Part shown: in pieces, positions 37,262-46,453 of the stretch
How the letters are laid out: every line of letters begins with the position of its first letter
How positions within the stretch are numbered: the first letter of the stretch is position 1
From: Deferribacterales bacterium
Lineage (GTDB): Bacteria; Chrysiogenota; Deferribacteres; Deferribacterales; Geovibrionaceae
Assembly (NCBI GenBank): GCA_050251945.1
Contig: JBFWLW010000001.1
Span: forward strand, 1-64,000
DNA: 64,000 nucleotides
Direction: 5' to 3'
Position numbers and translations under genes: made by a program
The notes under the pieces: generated by a model
Told to the model about the DNA's origin: nothing
What the model saw: only the letters and a program-made list of their open reading frames with translations
The model's database searches: none

Positions 37262-38581
37262 ATGATTCTTATTAATGACAGATACCGCAGGGTGCTCTCT
37301 ATATCCCTGCCATCTGCATTCCATAATCTCATGAATATGGTGCAGACGATGATAGATATGCTGTTTGTGGGGCGCATATCGGCGGTAAGCCTTGCTTCCG
37401 TCGGTGTGAGTATGCAGTATACGGCACTTTTATACGCCTTCATGTCGCTTGTGTATGTCGGAACAAACGTTCTTGTATCGCGTTTCTATGGCTCGAAAGA
37501 AATGAGGAAAGCGGGACAGACCGTTTATGTAATGATACTTTTTTCATTCATTATGTCGCTGCCGCTTATGTTCTTCTGCATGTTTAACGCACCGGTTCTG
37601 TTCGAGATCCTTGGAACCGGCGAAGACGTGGTTCGCGAGGGAACTGTCTATATTTCAACCTATTCATACGCTTTGCCTGCGCTGTTTGTTCAGGGTGTGC
37701 TTTTCAGCGGACTCAATGCCCTTGGTAAAACAAAGATTCCGCTTTATATCAGCATATCGGGAAATATTCTAAACGTTTTCCTCGACTGGTCAATGATATT
37801 CGGTCATTTCGGATTTCCCGCAATGGGGATAAAGGGCGCGGCTCTTGCCACTGTGATCGTTATTTATTACCAGCTTGCCATATATTTTATCTGCTATTTT
37901 TTCAGCAAAGATATAAGAATAATTCCGTCGTTCGATATGGGCATCTTAAAGCGCGGGATCAAGGTTGCTATCCCTGCATGGCTTGAGCGTATTGTTGCGC
38001 ATCCGTCATACCTCGTACTGTCCGCTCTTGTGGCAAAATTCGGCGTTGATGCTCTGGCGGGGTATCAGGTCGGACTGCGCATTGAGGGGCTGGCGTTCAT
38101 GCCGGGAGTGGGCTTTATATTCGCCAGTATGGCGCTGGTGGGGCAGGGACTTGGAGCAGGCAACCCCGACGAGGCGGAGAAGGACGCATATGCGGCTACG
38201 ATATCGGCATCGGTGATAATGGGCGTGCTGGGGCTTCTGATGACCGCTTTTCCATATGCCATAGCGGGTATATTCACCAACAATCAGGCGACTCTGGAAA
38301 ACGCCGCATGGTATCTGCGCATAATGGGTGTTTCGCAGGTGCCTCTTGCCGTGTGTTTTGTTATTTCCGGAAGCCTGCGCGGGGCAGGGGATACGAACAT
38401 GACGTTCGCCATAAACGCTGTTTCTCTCTGGGGGCTTCGCATACTTCCCGCATGGCTTCTTACATATTATGTGACCAATTCCGTTTGGATATATCTTGTC
38501 GCGATGATAGAATCCGTTGTGCGGGCTGCGATACTGCTGGTTCGTTTCAGAACCGGAAAGTGGAAATCAATTAATGTTTAG
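37262..38581 (+). CDS. MATE-family efflux transporter
   Basis: About 12 TM; DMLFVGR, NVFLD..IFG.FG.P.MGI.GAALAT, GQGLGAG, LRGAGDT. Confidence 0.93.
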   Translation: MILINDRYRRVLSISLPSAFHNLMNMVQTMIDMLFVGRISAVSLASVGVSMQYTALLYAFMSLVYVGTNVLVSRFYGSKEMRKAGQTVYVMILFSFIMSLPLMFFCMFNAPVLFEILGTGEDVVREGTVYISTYSYALPALFVQGVLFSGLNALGKTKIPLYISISGNILNVFLDWSMIFGHFGFPAMGIKGAALATVIVIYYQLAIYFICYFFSKDIRIIPSFDMGILKRGIKVAIPAWLERIVAHPSYLVLSALVAKFGVDALAGYQVGLRIEGLAFMPGVGFIFASMALVGQGLGAGNPDEAEKDAYAATISASVIMGVLGLLMTAFPYAIAGIFTNNQATLENAAWYLRIMGVSQVPLAVCFVISGSLRGAGDTNMTFAINAVSLWGLRILPAWLLTYYVTNSVWIYLVAMIESVVRAAILLVRFRTGKWKSINV

Positions 38582-39519
38582 AAAGGGTTAAAGCAGGAAA
38601 AGCCGTCTTTGAATTCCGGTTTCCGTATCAGGCATTGTTCGGTTCTTCTTTCGCATCTGTCGGCGAATACGCACTTTGAATCGAAAGCGCGCCCGTTAAA
38701 GGTTATTGTGCCTTTAATTGTGTTCAGGTACTCACGCGAATCGCCAACGACCGGAACGCAGGCTTTCAGCGCTCGTGTGTAGGGGTGACGCATAGTGCCT
38801 TTTTCCATGTCCGCACTTGTAATGCGCTCCATCATTTCACCTGCATACATAATATAGCTTTCGTCGGCTATTCTCGCCAGCAATCCCAGATCGTGGGTGA
38901 TGAATATAACGGACAGATTCTTTTCGCGGTTGAGTTTTTTTATCAGCAGAAGTATCTGCTGCTGGATGGTGACGTCGAGTGCTGTCGTGGGTTCGTCGGC
39001 AATAAGCACCTCCGGGTCGGACGACAGTGCTATGGCGATCATGACGCGCTGGTTCATGCCGCCTGAAAGCTGGTGGGGATAGGAGTTCATACGTTCCGCA
39101 GGATGGGGTATCTCGACCTCTGTCAGCAGCGCGACAGCTTTATCCCATGCCTCTTTCTTCTGCATCTTCGGGTTATGCGTCAGTATGGCTTCCGTAATCT
39201 GCGCTCCGACTGTGAAAACAGGATTGAGCGAGCCTGTGGGGTTTTGAAATATCATGGATATCTTCGCGCCTCTCACAGATGCGAAGTCTTTTTCGTCTTT
39301 AAGTTCCCTGCCGTCAAGAATTATGCTTCCTGCTGTTTTTACAACGGGTTTTCTGATAAGATTCAGAATGGTTTTGGCAAGGATGGTTTTTCCGCTGCCC
39401 GATTCGCCGGCGATACCCAGAATTTCGCCTTTTTGCAGGCTGAACGAAATATCGCGGAGGATTATAAAAGGGTTGTCAGAGCTTTTAAGTTCGACTGATA
39501 AATTATTAATTGACAGCAT
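38578..39519 (-). CDS. Peptide/nickel ABC transporter ATP-binding protein (OppD/DppD-like)
   Basis: GESGSGKT, MIFQNP, YPHQLSGGMNQR, ADEPTTALD, HPYT and C-terminal Cys cluster. Confidence 0.92.
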   Translation of the reverse strand: MLSINNLSVELKSSDNPFIILRDISFSLQKGEILGIAGESGSGKTILAKTILNLIRKPVVKTAGSIILDGRELKDEKDFASVRGAKISMIFQNPTGSLNPVFTVGAQITEAILTHNPKMQKKEAWDKAVALLTEVEIPHPAERMNSYPHQLSGGMNQRVMIAIALSSDPEVLIADEPTTALDVTIQQQILLLIKKLNREKNLSVIFITHDLGLLARIADESYIMYAGEMMERITSADMEKGTMRHPYTRALKACVPVVGDSREYLNTIKGTITFNGRAFDSKCVFADRCERRTEQCLIRKPEFKDGFSCFNPF

Positions 39520-39596
39520 GGGCAAAATATATTTGATATTTGATTCTTTGTCTATACAATATAAGTATGCACTACGGAGCTATCTTGATTTAACCA

Positions 39597-41315
39597 ATGA
39601 AAATACCATCATCAAAAATAGACGAAATACTCGAAGCAAGCGATATTTACGAGATAATTAACGATGTTGTCCCTCTGAAAAAGATGGGTAACAGCTTTAA
39701 AGGGCTTTGTCCTTTTCACTCGGAGAAGACCCCCTCGTTCAACGTTCACCCCGACAAAGGTTTTTACCACTGCTTCGGATGCGGAACGGGCGGGAACGTG
39801 ATATCGTTTGTGATGAATTATTACAACCTGCCGTTTCCGGAGGCTGCGCGCTTTCTGGCGGACAGGTACGGCGTTACCATAGAATATGAAGGAGCGGAGG
39901 TCAGCCAGACGGCAAAGGACATCGCCGCTCTGCATGAGGAGCTTGTGCTTGATGCCAGAAAAAATCTTTATTCAGGCACCGGTAAGGAAGCTCTCAATTA
40001 TCTGAAAGGGAGAAATTTCTCCGACACACTTCTGGAAAAGTTCATGGTTGGCTATTTCCCGCAGAAGTTTGACACGGAGAAATATGTCCGCAAATACGAC
40101 AAAAGCGTGCTTTTGGGGTCGGGACTCTTGAAAGAGGGACAGTACGGCATGCGCCTGATGTTTTTCGACAGGGTTATGATTCCTGTTCGGGGTGTCACAG
40201 GCAGAACGATAGCTTTTTCCGGCAGAACCCTCACAGGGCAGATGCCTAAATATATAAATTCTCCTGAGACTGAGATATTCAAAAAGCGCAGAGTGCTTTT
40301 TAACCTTGATCTGGCTAAGGAGCATATCCGGAAGAAAGGGCACGTGCTTATTGTTGAAGGTTATTTTGACGTGATGCGTCTTTATGATAAAGGGTTCGGC
40401 AACTGCGTCGCCACAATGGGAACTGCGCTTACGTCCGAGCACGTTTCTTTACTGAAACGTTTTACCGACGATACGTACATGCTCTACGACGGTGACGATG
40501 CGGGGTACAATTCCGCGCTTAAAAGTCTCGACCTGTTTGTTGCGGCGGACAGTTTTCCTATGGTCATCTTTCTGCCGAAAGAGGACGACCCTGACACGTT
40601 CCTCGACAGAGAGGGTGCGGAAGGTTTTGAGGCACTGCTTGAGACGAGAAAGGATCTGTTCGTTTTCACCGCCGAAACGCTGATGGAAAATTCGGGCGAC
40701 ATGAACGCGCGTTTGAGAAATCTTGAACGGATGAAACAGATGCTTACTAAGGTTAAAAGCCCTTATAGAAAAGAACATTATGCTGAAAAACTGGCGGAGA
40801 TATTTAATGTCGGCAAAGAAATGCTGAAAAAGGATATTGACCTTTCCGCCGCAAATAATAGTTTAAAAATAGTCAGCAGGCGTACTGAAAGAAACAGCAG
40901 GCGTCCGGCTACCTACATATACGAACGCGAGTTTATCGCAGCGCTGTTTAAATTGCCCGAAGACGTAGCACTTATGCAGACAGAAAATATTATGCCGGAG
41001 TTTTTTCACGATAAAATTCTGGCGGATATATACAAAAAAGTGCTTGATGTTTTGCGTGATGGTGATAATATCAGTGTCCTTTTGTGCTCACCCGACGTGG
41101 GCAGCGAACTGTCGGAGGCGGTCATAAATATGCCCGACACCGATATCTACCGACTGGCGGCAGCTACCAGAGAAAAGCTGATTTCAAACTCGGTTATGGA
41201 CTCCCTGTCGAAAGAGATAAAAAGCTCCGATGGCGGGGCGAAGGCGCGTGAGCTTGCGATCAAAAGATTTGAGCAGGCAGGACGCATGATGCGCAAAAGG
41301 AACCCGGAGGACTGA
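39597..41315 (+). CDS. dnaG: DNA primase
   Basis: [11 protein letters not shown]...CFGC Zn finger, [23 protein letters not shown]. Confidence 0.97.
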   Translation: MKIPSSKIDEILEASDIYEIINDVVPLKKMGNSFKGLCPFHSEKTPSFNVHPDKGFYHCFGCGTGGNVISFVMNYYNLPFPEAARFLADRYGVTIEYEGAEVSQTAKDIAALHEELVLDARKNLYSGTGKEALNYLKGRNFSDTLLEKFMVGYFPQKFDTEKYVRKYDKSVLLGSGLLKEGQYGMRLMFFDRVMIPVRGVTGRTIAFSGRTLTGQMPKYINSPETEIFKKRRVLFNLDLAKEHIRKKGHVLIVEGYFDVMRLYDKGFGNCVATMGTALTSEHVSLLKRFTDDTYMLYDGDDAGYNSALKSLDLFVAADSFPMVIFLPKEDDPDTFLDREGAEGFEALLETRKDLFVFTAETLMENSGDMNARLRNLERMKQMLTKVKSPYRKEHYAEKLAEIFNVGKEMLKKDIDLSAANNSLKIVSRRTERNSRRPATYIYEREFIAALFKLPEDVALMQTENIMPEFFHDKILADIYKKVLDVLRDGDNISVLLCSPDVGSELSEAVINMPDTDIYRLAAATREKLISNSVMDSLSKEIKSSDGGAKARELAIKRFEQAGRMMRKRNPED

Positions 41316-41320
41316 ATCTG

Positions 41321-43228
41321 ATGTCGAGAAAGATCAAAAGCCCTGAAGTCAAGAACATTATTGCCCTTGGAAAAGAAAAGGGATTTCTCACCTTCGATGA
41401 AATAAACGAAAATTTGCCGGACGACGTACTTACAACGGAGCTCATTGACGAAATCATGATGCTTCTCGCCCAGCTTAAGATAGACGTCATCGACAGCAAG
41501 GTGGACAAACCCGGTTTGTTTACTGCCGATGAGGATATTGATGACGAAGACGAAGAACCTTTCGGTATCCTGAAAGACGTCGGCGAAGAAACCATAAGCA
41601 CCGACGACCCCGTGAGGCTCTATCTGAAAGAGATGGGCAACATCCCTCTGCTTAACCGCGACGAGGAGATAGAAGTTGCAAAAGAGATAGAGGACGGTCA
41701 GCGCAAGGTTCTCCGCGCAGTTCTGCTCTACCCGAAAACCGCCGCAAAGATAATGGAAATCGCGGACGGTATTAAAAATGACAGCATGAGGCTTAAGGAT
41801 ATCATTGACATAGAGGATGAGCTTGAAAGCGAACCTGTGGATATCGACGAGCCGGATGCCGAGATAACAAGAAGTCTTGATGAAGACGTTGAGCCTGTAG
41901 AGGACAGCGACGAAGATTTTATAAAAGAAGAAGAGCCGGAAGAAGTGGAAGAGGCGGAAGAGGAAGCTGCTGTCGAAGCGGCAGCCATAACCGTTGACGA
42001 AAAAGAACTCATGATCAAGGAGCAGTATATCGCCATACTGGAAGATATCGCATCCAAACTTAAGCAGAACATCATGATCAACGACAGGATCAAAGAAGAT
42101 AAGCTTAGTCTGGACGAGATACTTTCCCTTAAACAGACGATGCACGATTCCGTTGACGACATAACCGATAAGCTTCTTGAAATAAAAGTTAATTACTCAA
42201 AAATATGCAACATAGCCGGCGATATTAAATACGCTTATTCATCCATTGTGGACGGTTCCAGAGAGCTTGAAAAGCTGTGCCGTCTGGTGAAGTTTACCGG
42301 ATATCCCGAACTCGCTCTCATATGCGAAGACGATATAAAATGTGCCTGCGAAAAACGCGGCATGAACGTTAACGACGTTGCCACTGTTCAGAAAAAGTTT
42401 AAGAATGCCAAAAAGAACTATGACACTGCAATGAATTCGCTCGGTTTTGACAAAGCGGAACTGGACGTTATACACGACAGCCTTGTCATGGGCGAATCCG
42501 AGACAGAGGCGGCAAAATCGAAACTTATCGAGGCGAACCTCCGTCTTGTTGTGTCCATTGCAAAGAAATATACCAACAGAGGGCTGCAGTTCCTTGACCT
42601 TATTCAGGAAGGCAACATCGGTCTTATGAAGGCCGTTGAAAAATTTGAGTATAAACGCGGTTACAAGTTCTCCACCTATGCAACGTGGTGGATACGTCAG
42701 GCTATAACACGCGCCATAGCAGATCAGGCGCGCACCATCCGTATCCCCGTGCACATGATAGAAACAATCAATAAAATGATGAAGATAACCCGTCAGCTCC
42801 AGCAGGACATGGGACGCGAACCCACACCGGAAGAGATATCCCTGAAGATGGATATTCCTGTCGAGAAGATAAAAAAGGTCATGAAGATAGCCAAAGAACC
42901 CGTATCACTTGAAACGCCCATAGGCGAGGACGAGGATTCGAGCCTTGGCGACTTCATAGAGGATAAATCCGCCAAAAATCCTTCGGAGGAGGTGACATAC
43001 CTCAAGCTGAAGGAACATACCCAGCAGATACTGGAAACTTTGAGCCACAGAGAGTCTGAGGTGCTTAAACTGCGCTTTGGAATCAACTGCGACTCCGACC
43101 ATACACTTGAAGAGGTAGGTAAGAAATTCAATGTCACACGCGAACGTATCAGACAGATCGAAGCAAAAGCATTGAGGAAACTGCGCCACCCCACAAGAAG
43201 CAGAATTTTGAAAACTTTTACTGAATAA
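41321..43228 (+). CDS. rpoD: Primary sigma factor RpoD
   Basis: Region 1.1, DPVRLYL, acidic non-conserved region, [32 protein letters not shown]. Confidence 0.98.
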   Translation: MSRKIKSPEVKNIIALGKEKGFLTFDEINENLPDDVLTTELIDEIMMLLAQLKIDVIDSKVDKPGLFTADEDIDDEDEEPFGILKDVGEETISTDDPVRLYLKEMGNIPLLNRDEEIEVAKEIEDGQRKVLRAVLLYPKTAAKIMEIADGIKNDSMRLKDIIDIEDELESEPVDIDEPDAEITRSLDEDVEPVEDSDEDFIKEEEPEEVEEAEEEAAVEAAAITVDEKELMIKEQYIAILEDIASKLKQNIMINDRIKEDKLSLDEILSLKQTMHDSVDDITDKLLEIKVNYSKICNIAGDIKYAYSSIVDGSRELEKLCRLVKFTGYPELALICEDDIKCACEKRGMNVNDVATVQKKFKNAKKNYDTAMNSLGFDKAELDVIHDSLVMGESETEAAKSKLIEANLRLVVSIAKKYTNRGLQFLDLIQEGNIGLMKAVEKFEYKRGYKFSTYATWWIRQAITRAIADQARTIRIPVHMIETINKMMKITRQLQQDMGREPTPEEISLKMDIPVEKIKKVMKIAKEPVSLETPIGEDEDSSLGDFIEDKSAKNPSEEVTYLKLKEHTQQILETLSHRESEVLKLRFGINCDSDHTLEEVGKKFNVTRERIRQIEAKALRKLRHPTRSRILKTFTE

Positions 43229-43274
43229 AAGTGTTGACAAAACCGTAATTTACGAGTAAAAACATCACTCCCAA

Positions 43275-43348
43275 GGGCCAATAGCTCAGTTGGCTAGAGC
43301 CACCGGCTCATAACCGGTAGGTCGCTGGTTCGAGTCCAGCTTGGCCCA
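43275..43348 (+). tRNA. tRNA with CAT anticodon, probably tRNA-Ile2 (lysidine); CCA not encoded
   Basis: GGGCCAA/TTGGCCC acceptor stem, TAGCTCAG, CCGG-CTCATAA-CCGG, GGTTCGAGTCC; TTGACA at 43234. Position after rpoD and GGGCC start favour Ile2 over Met. Confidence 0.9.
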
Positions 43349-43385
43349 TTTTTTTAACTTTTAAATATCACAGAGAAAGGACTAA

Positions 43386-44486
43386 GTGGCAAGGATAAGA
43401 GATTTAAAAAATTATTTGGAGAAGGGGATCGCTGATCGTGACCGTCAATACGACTGGGACAACAGCGGGAACCAGATTGTACCTGACGACAGGGAGATCA
43501 CTAAAGCCGCATTTGCACTTGATCCTTCAGAAAAGGTTATTAACAAAGCAATAGAAGAGGGGTGTGAGGTTCTGATAACTCATCACCCCCTTTTTTTTGG
43601 CTCACTGAAAAGCCTTAATTTCGACAAACCTTTCGACAGAAAAGTAATCAAAGCTATTCAAAACGGACTTTCAGTTCTTTCGCACCACACAAGTCTCGAC
43701 CTTGCGGATTACAGCCTTAACGATCACCTTTGTGCGCTTCTCGGCGGCAAAGTTGAGGAGAACCTCATAACAGAGGGACATATCGAAATGGTGAAATTCG
43801 TCGTCTTTGTGCCTGTTACGCACTCTCAGGCTGTCAGGGATGCAATGGCGGCGGCGGGTGCGGGAAATATAGGGAATTACTCGGATGTTTCCTTTTCGGC
43901 AGAGGGAACAGGACGCTTTAAGCCGTGTGACGGTGCAAACCCGTTCATCGGAAAACAGGGCGAAATAGAAGAAGTTCACGAACACCGCATTGAATCAATC
44001 ATAGAAAAATCAAAAGTTAACAATCTCATCAAAGAAGTCATAAAAGCTCACCCTTACGAAGAGGTCGCATACGACGTTTATCCCGTTTTGGGCGGCGCCG
44101 AATACGGACTCGGACGCGTGGCCTCATACGAAACGGCAATGCCCATGTCCCGTTTCCTTGACCATGTGCGCTTTGTTCTGGGAGCCGACGCTCTCAGAGT
44201 CAACACTTCCGACCTTTCAGGCAGGGTCCGACGCTTTGCCGTTGTAACAGGCAGCGGAGCCTCTGTATGGAAAAAATGCATCGGCAGGGCGGACGTCCTT
44301 GTCACCGGCGATATGAAGCACCACGAGGCGCTTGACGCCCACGAGGCAGGCATAACCATCGTTGATGCAGGGCATTTCCACACTGAACGGATTTTTATGA
44401 AGTATCTTGCAGAAAAAATAAGTGTAAAGTTCAATATAAAATCAGTGTTGATAGACGAAGAACCGCCTATCATCAACTGGAGGTAA
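43386..44486 (+). CDS. Nif3-like dinuclear metal protein with PII-like insert (YqfO type)
   Basis: WDNSG, ITHHPL, HTSLD, AGAGNIGNYS, HPYEEVAYD, TGD.KHH, AGHFHTE. Confidence 0.93.
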   Translation: MARIRDLKNYLEKGIADRDRQYDWDNSGNQIVPDDREITKAAFALDPSEKVINKAIEEGCEVLITHHPLFFGSLKSLNFDKPFDRKVIKAIQNGLSVLSHHTSLDLADYSLNDHLCALLGGKVEENLITEGHIEMVKFVVFVPVTHSQAVRDAMAAAGAGNIGNYSDVSFSAEGTGRFKPCDGANPFIGKQGEIEEVHEHRIESIIEKSKVNNLIKEVIKAHPYEEVAYDVYPVLGGAEYGLGRVASYETAMPMSRFLDHVRFVLGADALRVNTSDLSGRVRRFAVVTGSGASVWKKCIGRADVLVTGDMKHHEALDAHEAGITIVDAGHFHTERIFMKYLAEKISVKFNIKSVLIDEEPPIINWR

Positions 44487-44491
44487 TGTAC

Positions 44492-45217
44492 ATGTTGGAG
44501 ATCATTTCGCAGCTTATCGAGATTCAGCGTCTGGACAATCTGGTAGCCGATGCAGAAGCAAAACTTGCAGGTCAGCCTGAATATGTTCAGAAAGCGCAGG
44601 CGGAGCTTGATAAGGCTCAGGCGGCTTTCGACGAATTCAATGCAAAATATGAAAAGGACCTTGCCGCTAAAACTCAGGTTGAGACAGCCTATGAAGAGGG
44701 CAAAGTGTTACTTGAAAAAGCACAGAAAAAACTTCCCGATGTTAAAAACAACAAGGAATATGAAGCTGTACTTAAAGAGATGGACACTCTTAAAAAGAAT
44801 GTCTACGAATCAGAACTGAGGCTTGCAGAGCTTTCAGAGTCTGTGGACAGATGCAAGGCTGAAAATCAGTCTGTCATTGATAAGCTTGATAAAATGAAAG
44901 AAGAGCTTGAATTCACCAGAACTCAGAAAGATGAGGAGAACGCAGAGCTTATAAGCAGGCTTGCCAAAGACAAGGCAGCAAGAGCGAATGCCATCAAGGC
45001 TATCAAAAGACCGATGCTTTCAAAATATGAAAGGATCAGAGACGCAAGACACAACCTCGCAGTTGTTCGTGTTGAGAACGAAACCTGTACAGGCTGCTGT
45101 ATAAAAATTCCGCCTCAGCTCTATGTTGAGGTCAAAAAAGAGAAAGAACTTCTCCAATGCCCCAACTGCCAACGCTTCCTATACGCACTCCCCGAAGAAG
45201 AAAAAGCTGATGTCTAA
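44492..45217 (+). CDS. Coiled-coil C4 zinc-ribbon protein (CT398/FlgZ-like)
   Basis: Long coiled coil, NNKEYEA, CTGC...CPNC. Confidence 0.88.
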   Translation: MLEIISQLIEIQRLDNLVADAEAKLAGQPEYVQKAQAELDKAQAAFDEFNAKYEKDLAAKTQVETAYEEGKVLLEKAQKKLPDVKNNKEYEAVLKEMDTLKKNVYESELRLAELSESVDRCKAENQSVIDKLDKMKEELEFTRTQKDEENAELISRLAKDKAARANAIKAIKRPMLSKYERIRDARHNLAVVRVENETCTGCCIKIPPQLYVEVKKEKELLQCPNCQRFLYALPEEEKADV

Positions 45218-45611
45218 GATTGATATATACACGGACGGCGCGTCACGGGGAAACCCGGGGCACGCTGCCTGCGGTTTCGCCGTCTATGCCGACGGGGTTG
45301 AGATTTACACCGGCAAAAAATATCTCGGACAGGCAACAAACAACTTCGCCGAATACAAAGCCGTTATTGAAGCGGCAAAAAGCCCTCTTGTTAAAGATGA
45401 AAAAGAGATTAATTTCTTTCTGGATTCAGAACTTGTCGTTAAACAGATGAAGGGCGAGTATAAGGTGAAACATCCGAACATTATCCCTCTGAAACAGGAG
45501 CTTGATTCCGTTATCGCCGGAAAAAATGTCACTTTCACACACGTTCCCCGTGCGCAGAACAAAACTGCCGACAGGCTGGCAAACGAAGCCATTGACGAAG
45601 CAACCGGATAA
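45210..45611 (+). CDS. rnhA: Ribonuclease HI
   Basis: DGASRGNPG, TNNFAEY, DSELVVKQ, HVPRAQN..AD. Confidence 0.92.
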   Translation: MSKIDIYTDGASRGNPGHAACGFAVYADGVEIYTGKKYLGQATNNFAEYKAVIEAAKSPLVKDEKEINFFLDSELVVKQMKGEYKVKHPNIIPLKQELDSVIAGKNVTFTHVPRAQNKTADRLANEAIDEATG

Positions 45612-45617
45612 TTAAAA

Positions 45618-45650
45618 GACCGTAAGACCGCCGTTAAGCAGTCTTACGGT
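45618..45650. terminator. Hairpin between convergent rnhA and lectin genes
   Basis: accgtaagac...gtcttacggt. Confidence 0.55.
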
Positions 45651-45672
45651 ATAATTCTTAACCGGTCTGAGG

Positions 45673-46026
45673 TTATTTAATCTTAAAAGAGCATTCACAG
45701 ATACTCATTTTGCCCCAAGTTTCCTGCGGGGTCACCCACTGACCTGTCCATTCTCCGCCGTATGAGGCACAAACCACAGGACATTTCACTTTCGCATCAT
45801 CCTGATCCCAGATGGGACCGGCAATTACGTTAAGTTTAAGAATTGTGGAACCCTCTGCCGGTACTTCCAATTCGCAACCACAAACGCTCATTTCGCCGTT
45901 AATGACGGTTTTCCACTGTCCGTTCCATGTTCCAAGGTGTGCAGCACATACAATGGGACATTTTTTTTCAGCGTCTTCCTGATTCCAGATCGGGCCTGCC
46001 GGGATATCGACTGTGAACTTAGCCAT
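45673..46026 (-). CDS. Mannan-binding lectin, MVL family, two tandem domains
   Basis: Two repeats of AGPIW.Q.DA...CP.VC....G.W.GQW.T...MS.C.C; AGGAGG SD; TTGACA promoter at 46086. Confidence 0.88.
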   Translation of the reverse strand: MAKFTVDIPAGPIWNQEDAEKKCPIVCAAHLGTWNGQWKTVINGEMSVCGCELEVPAEGSTILKLNVIAGPIWDQDDAKVKCPVVCASYGGEWTGQWVTPQETWGKMSICECSFKIK

Positions 46027-46453
46027 ATTGATTGTCCTCCTGTAAACGATATATAACTAGATTAACACATCGAATATCATTGTCAAATGAAGTTATGAGA
46101 AAATGTGCAAAATGATTAGCATGATTTTGTGTGATAAATGTTTTACATAATAAGATAAATCCATAATTAATCATGTATTGAAATGATGTATTTGATGTTT
46201 TATCAGCAAACCTTGATAGTGTAGGTATTTTTTTATTTTCAGTTACTGTCTTTTATGTGTGAATCAGCGTATACTATCCTTTAAATGTGCATTGTTTATT
46301 GTAAATATAATGTTTGCATAGTTTGTGGTTCGTGTGGTTAAATACGATATCAACTTTTAAGCAGATTATCCGATTTAACTACCACGGAAGGTTTTCCGAA
46401 CGGAGTCGGGATTTGCTTCATAAAAATAAAAAGTACCGGAGGGATAACGGATT

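Noticed and set aside
41147..42145. 332-aa minus-strand ORF and other long antisense ORFs (e.g. 10129-11013, 32006-32776, 54286-55035)
   Set aside because: Shadows of well-supported genes on the opposite strand; no motifs of their own.
43275..43385. tRNA as an integration site for an island
   Set aside because: No integrase, no duplicated tRNA 3' end noticed, and core genes continue directly.
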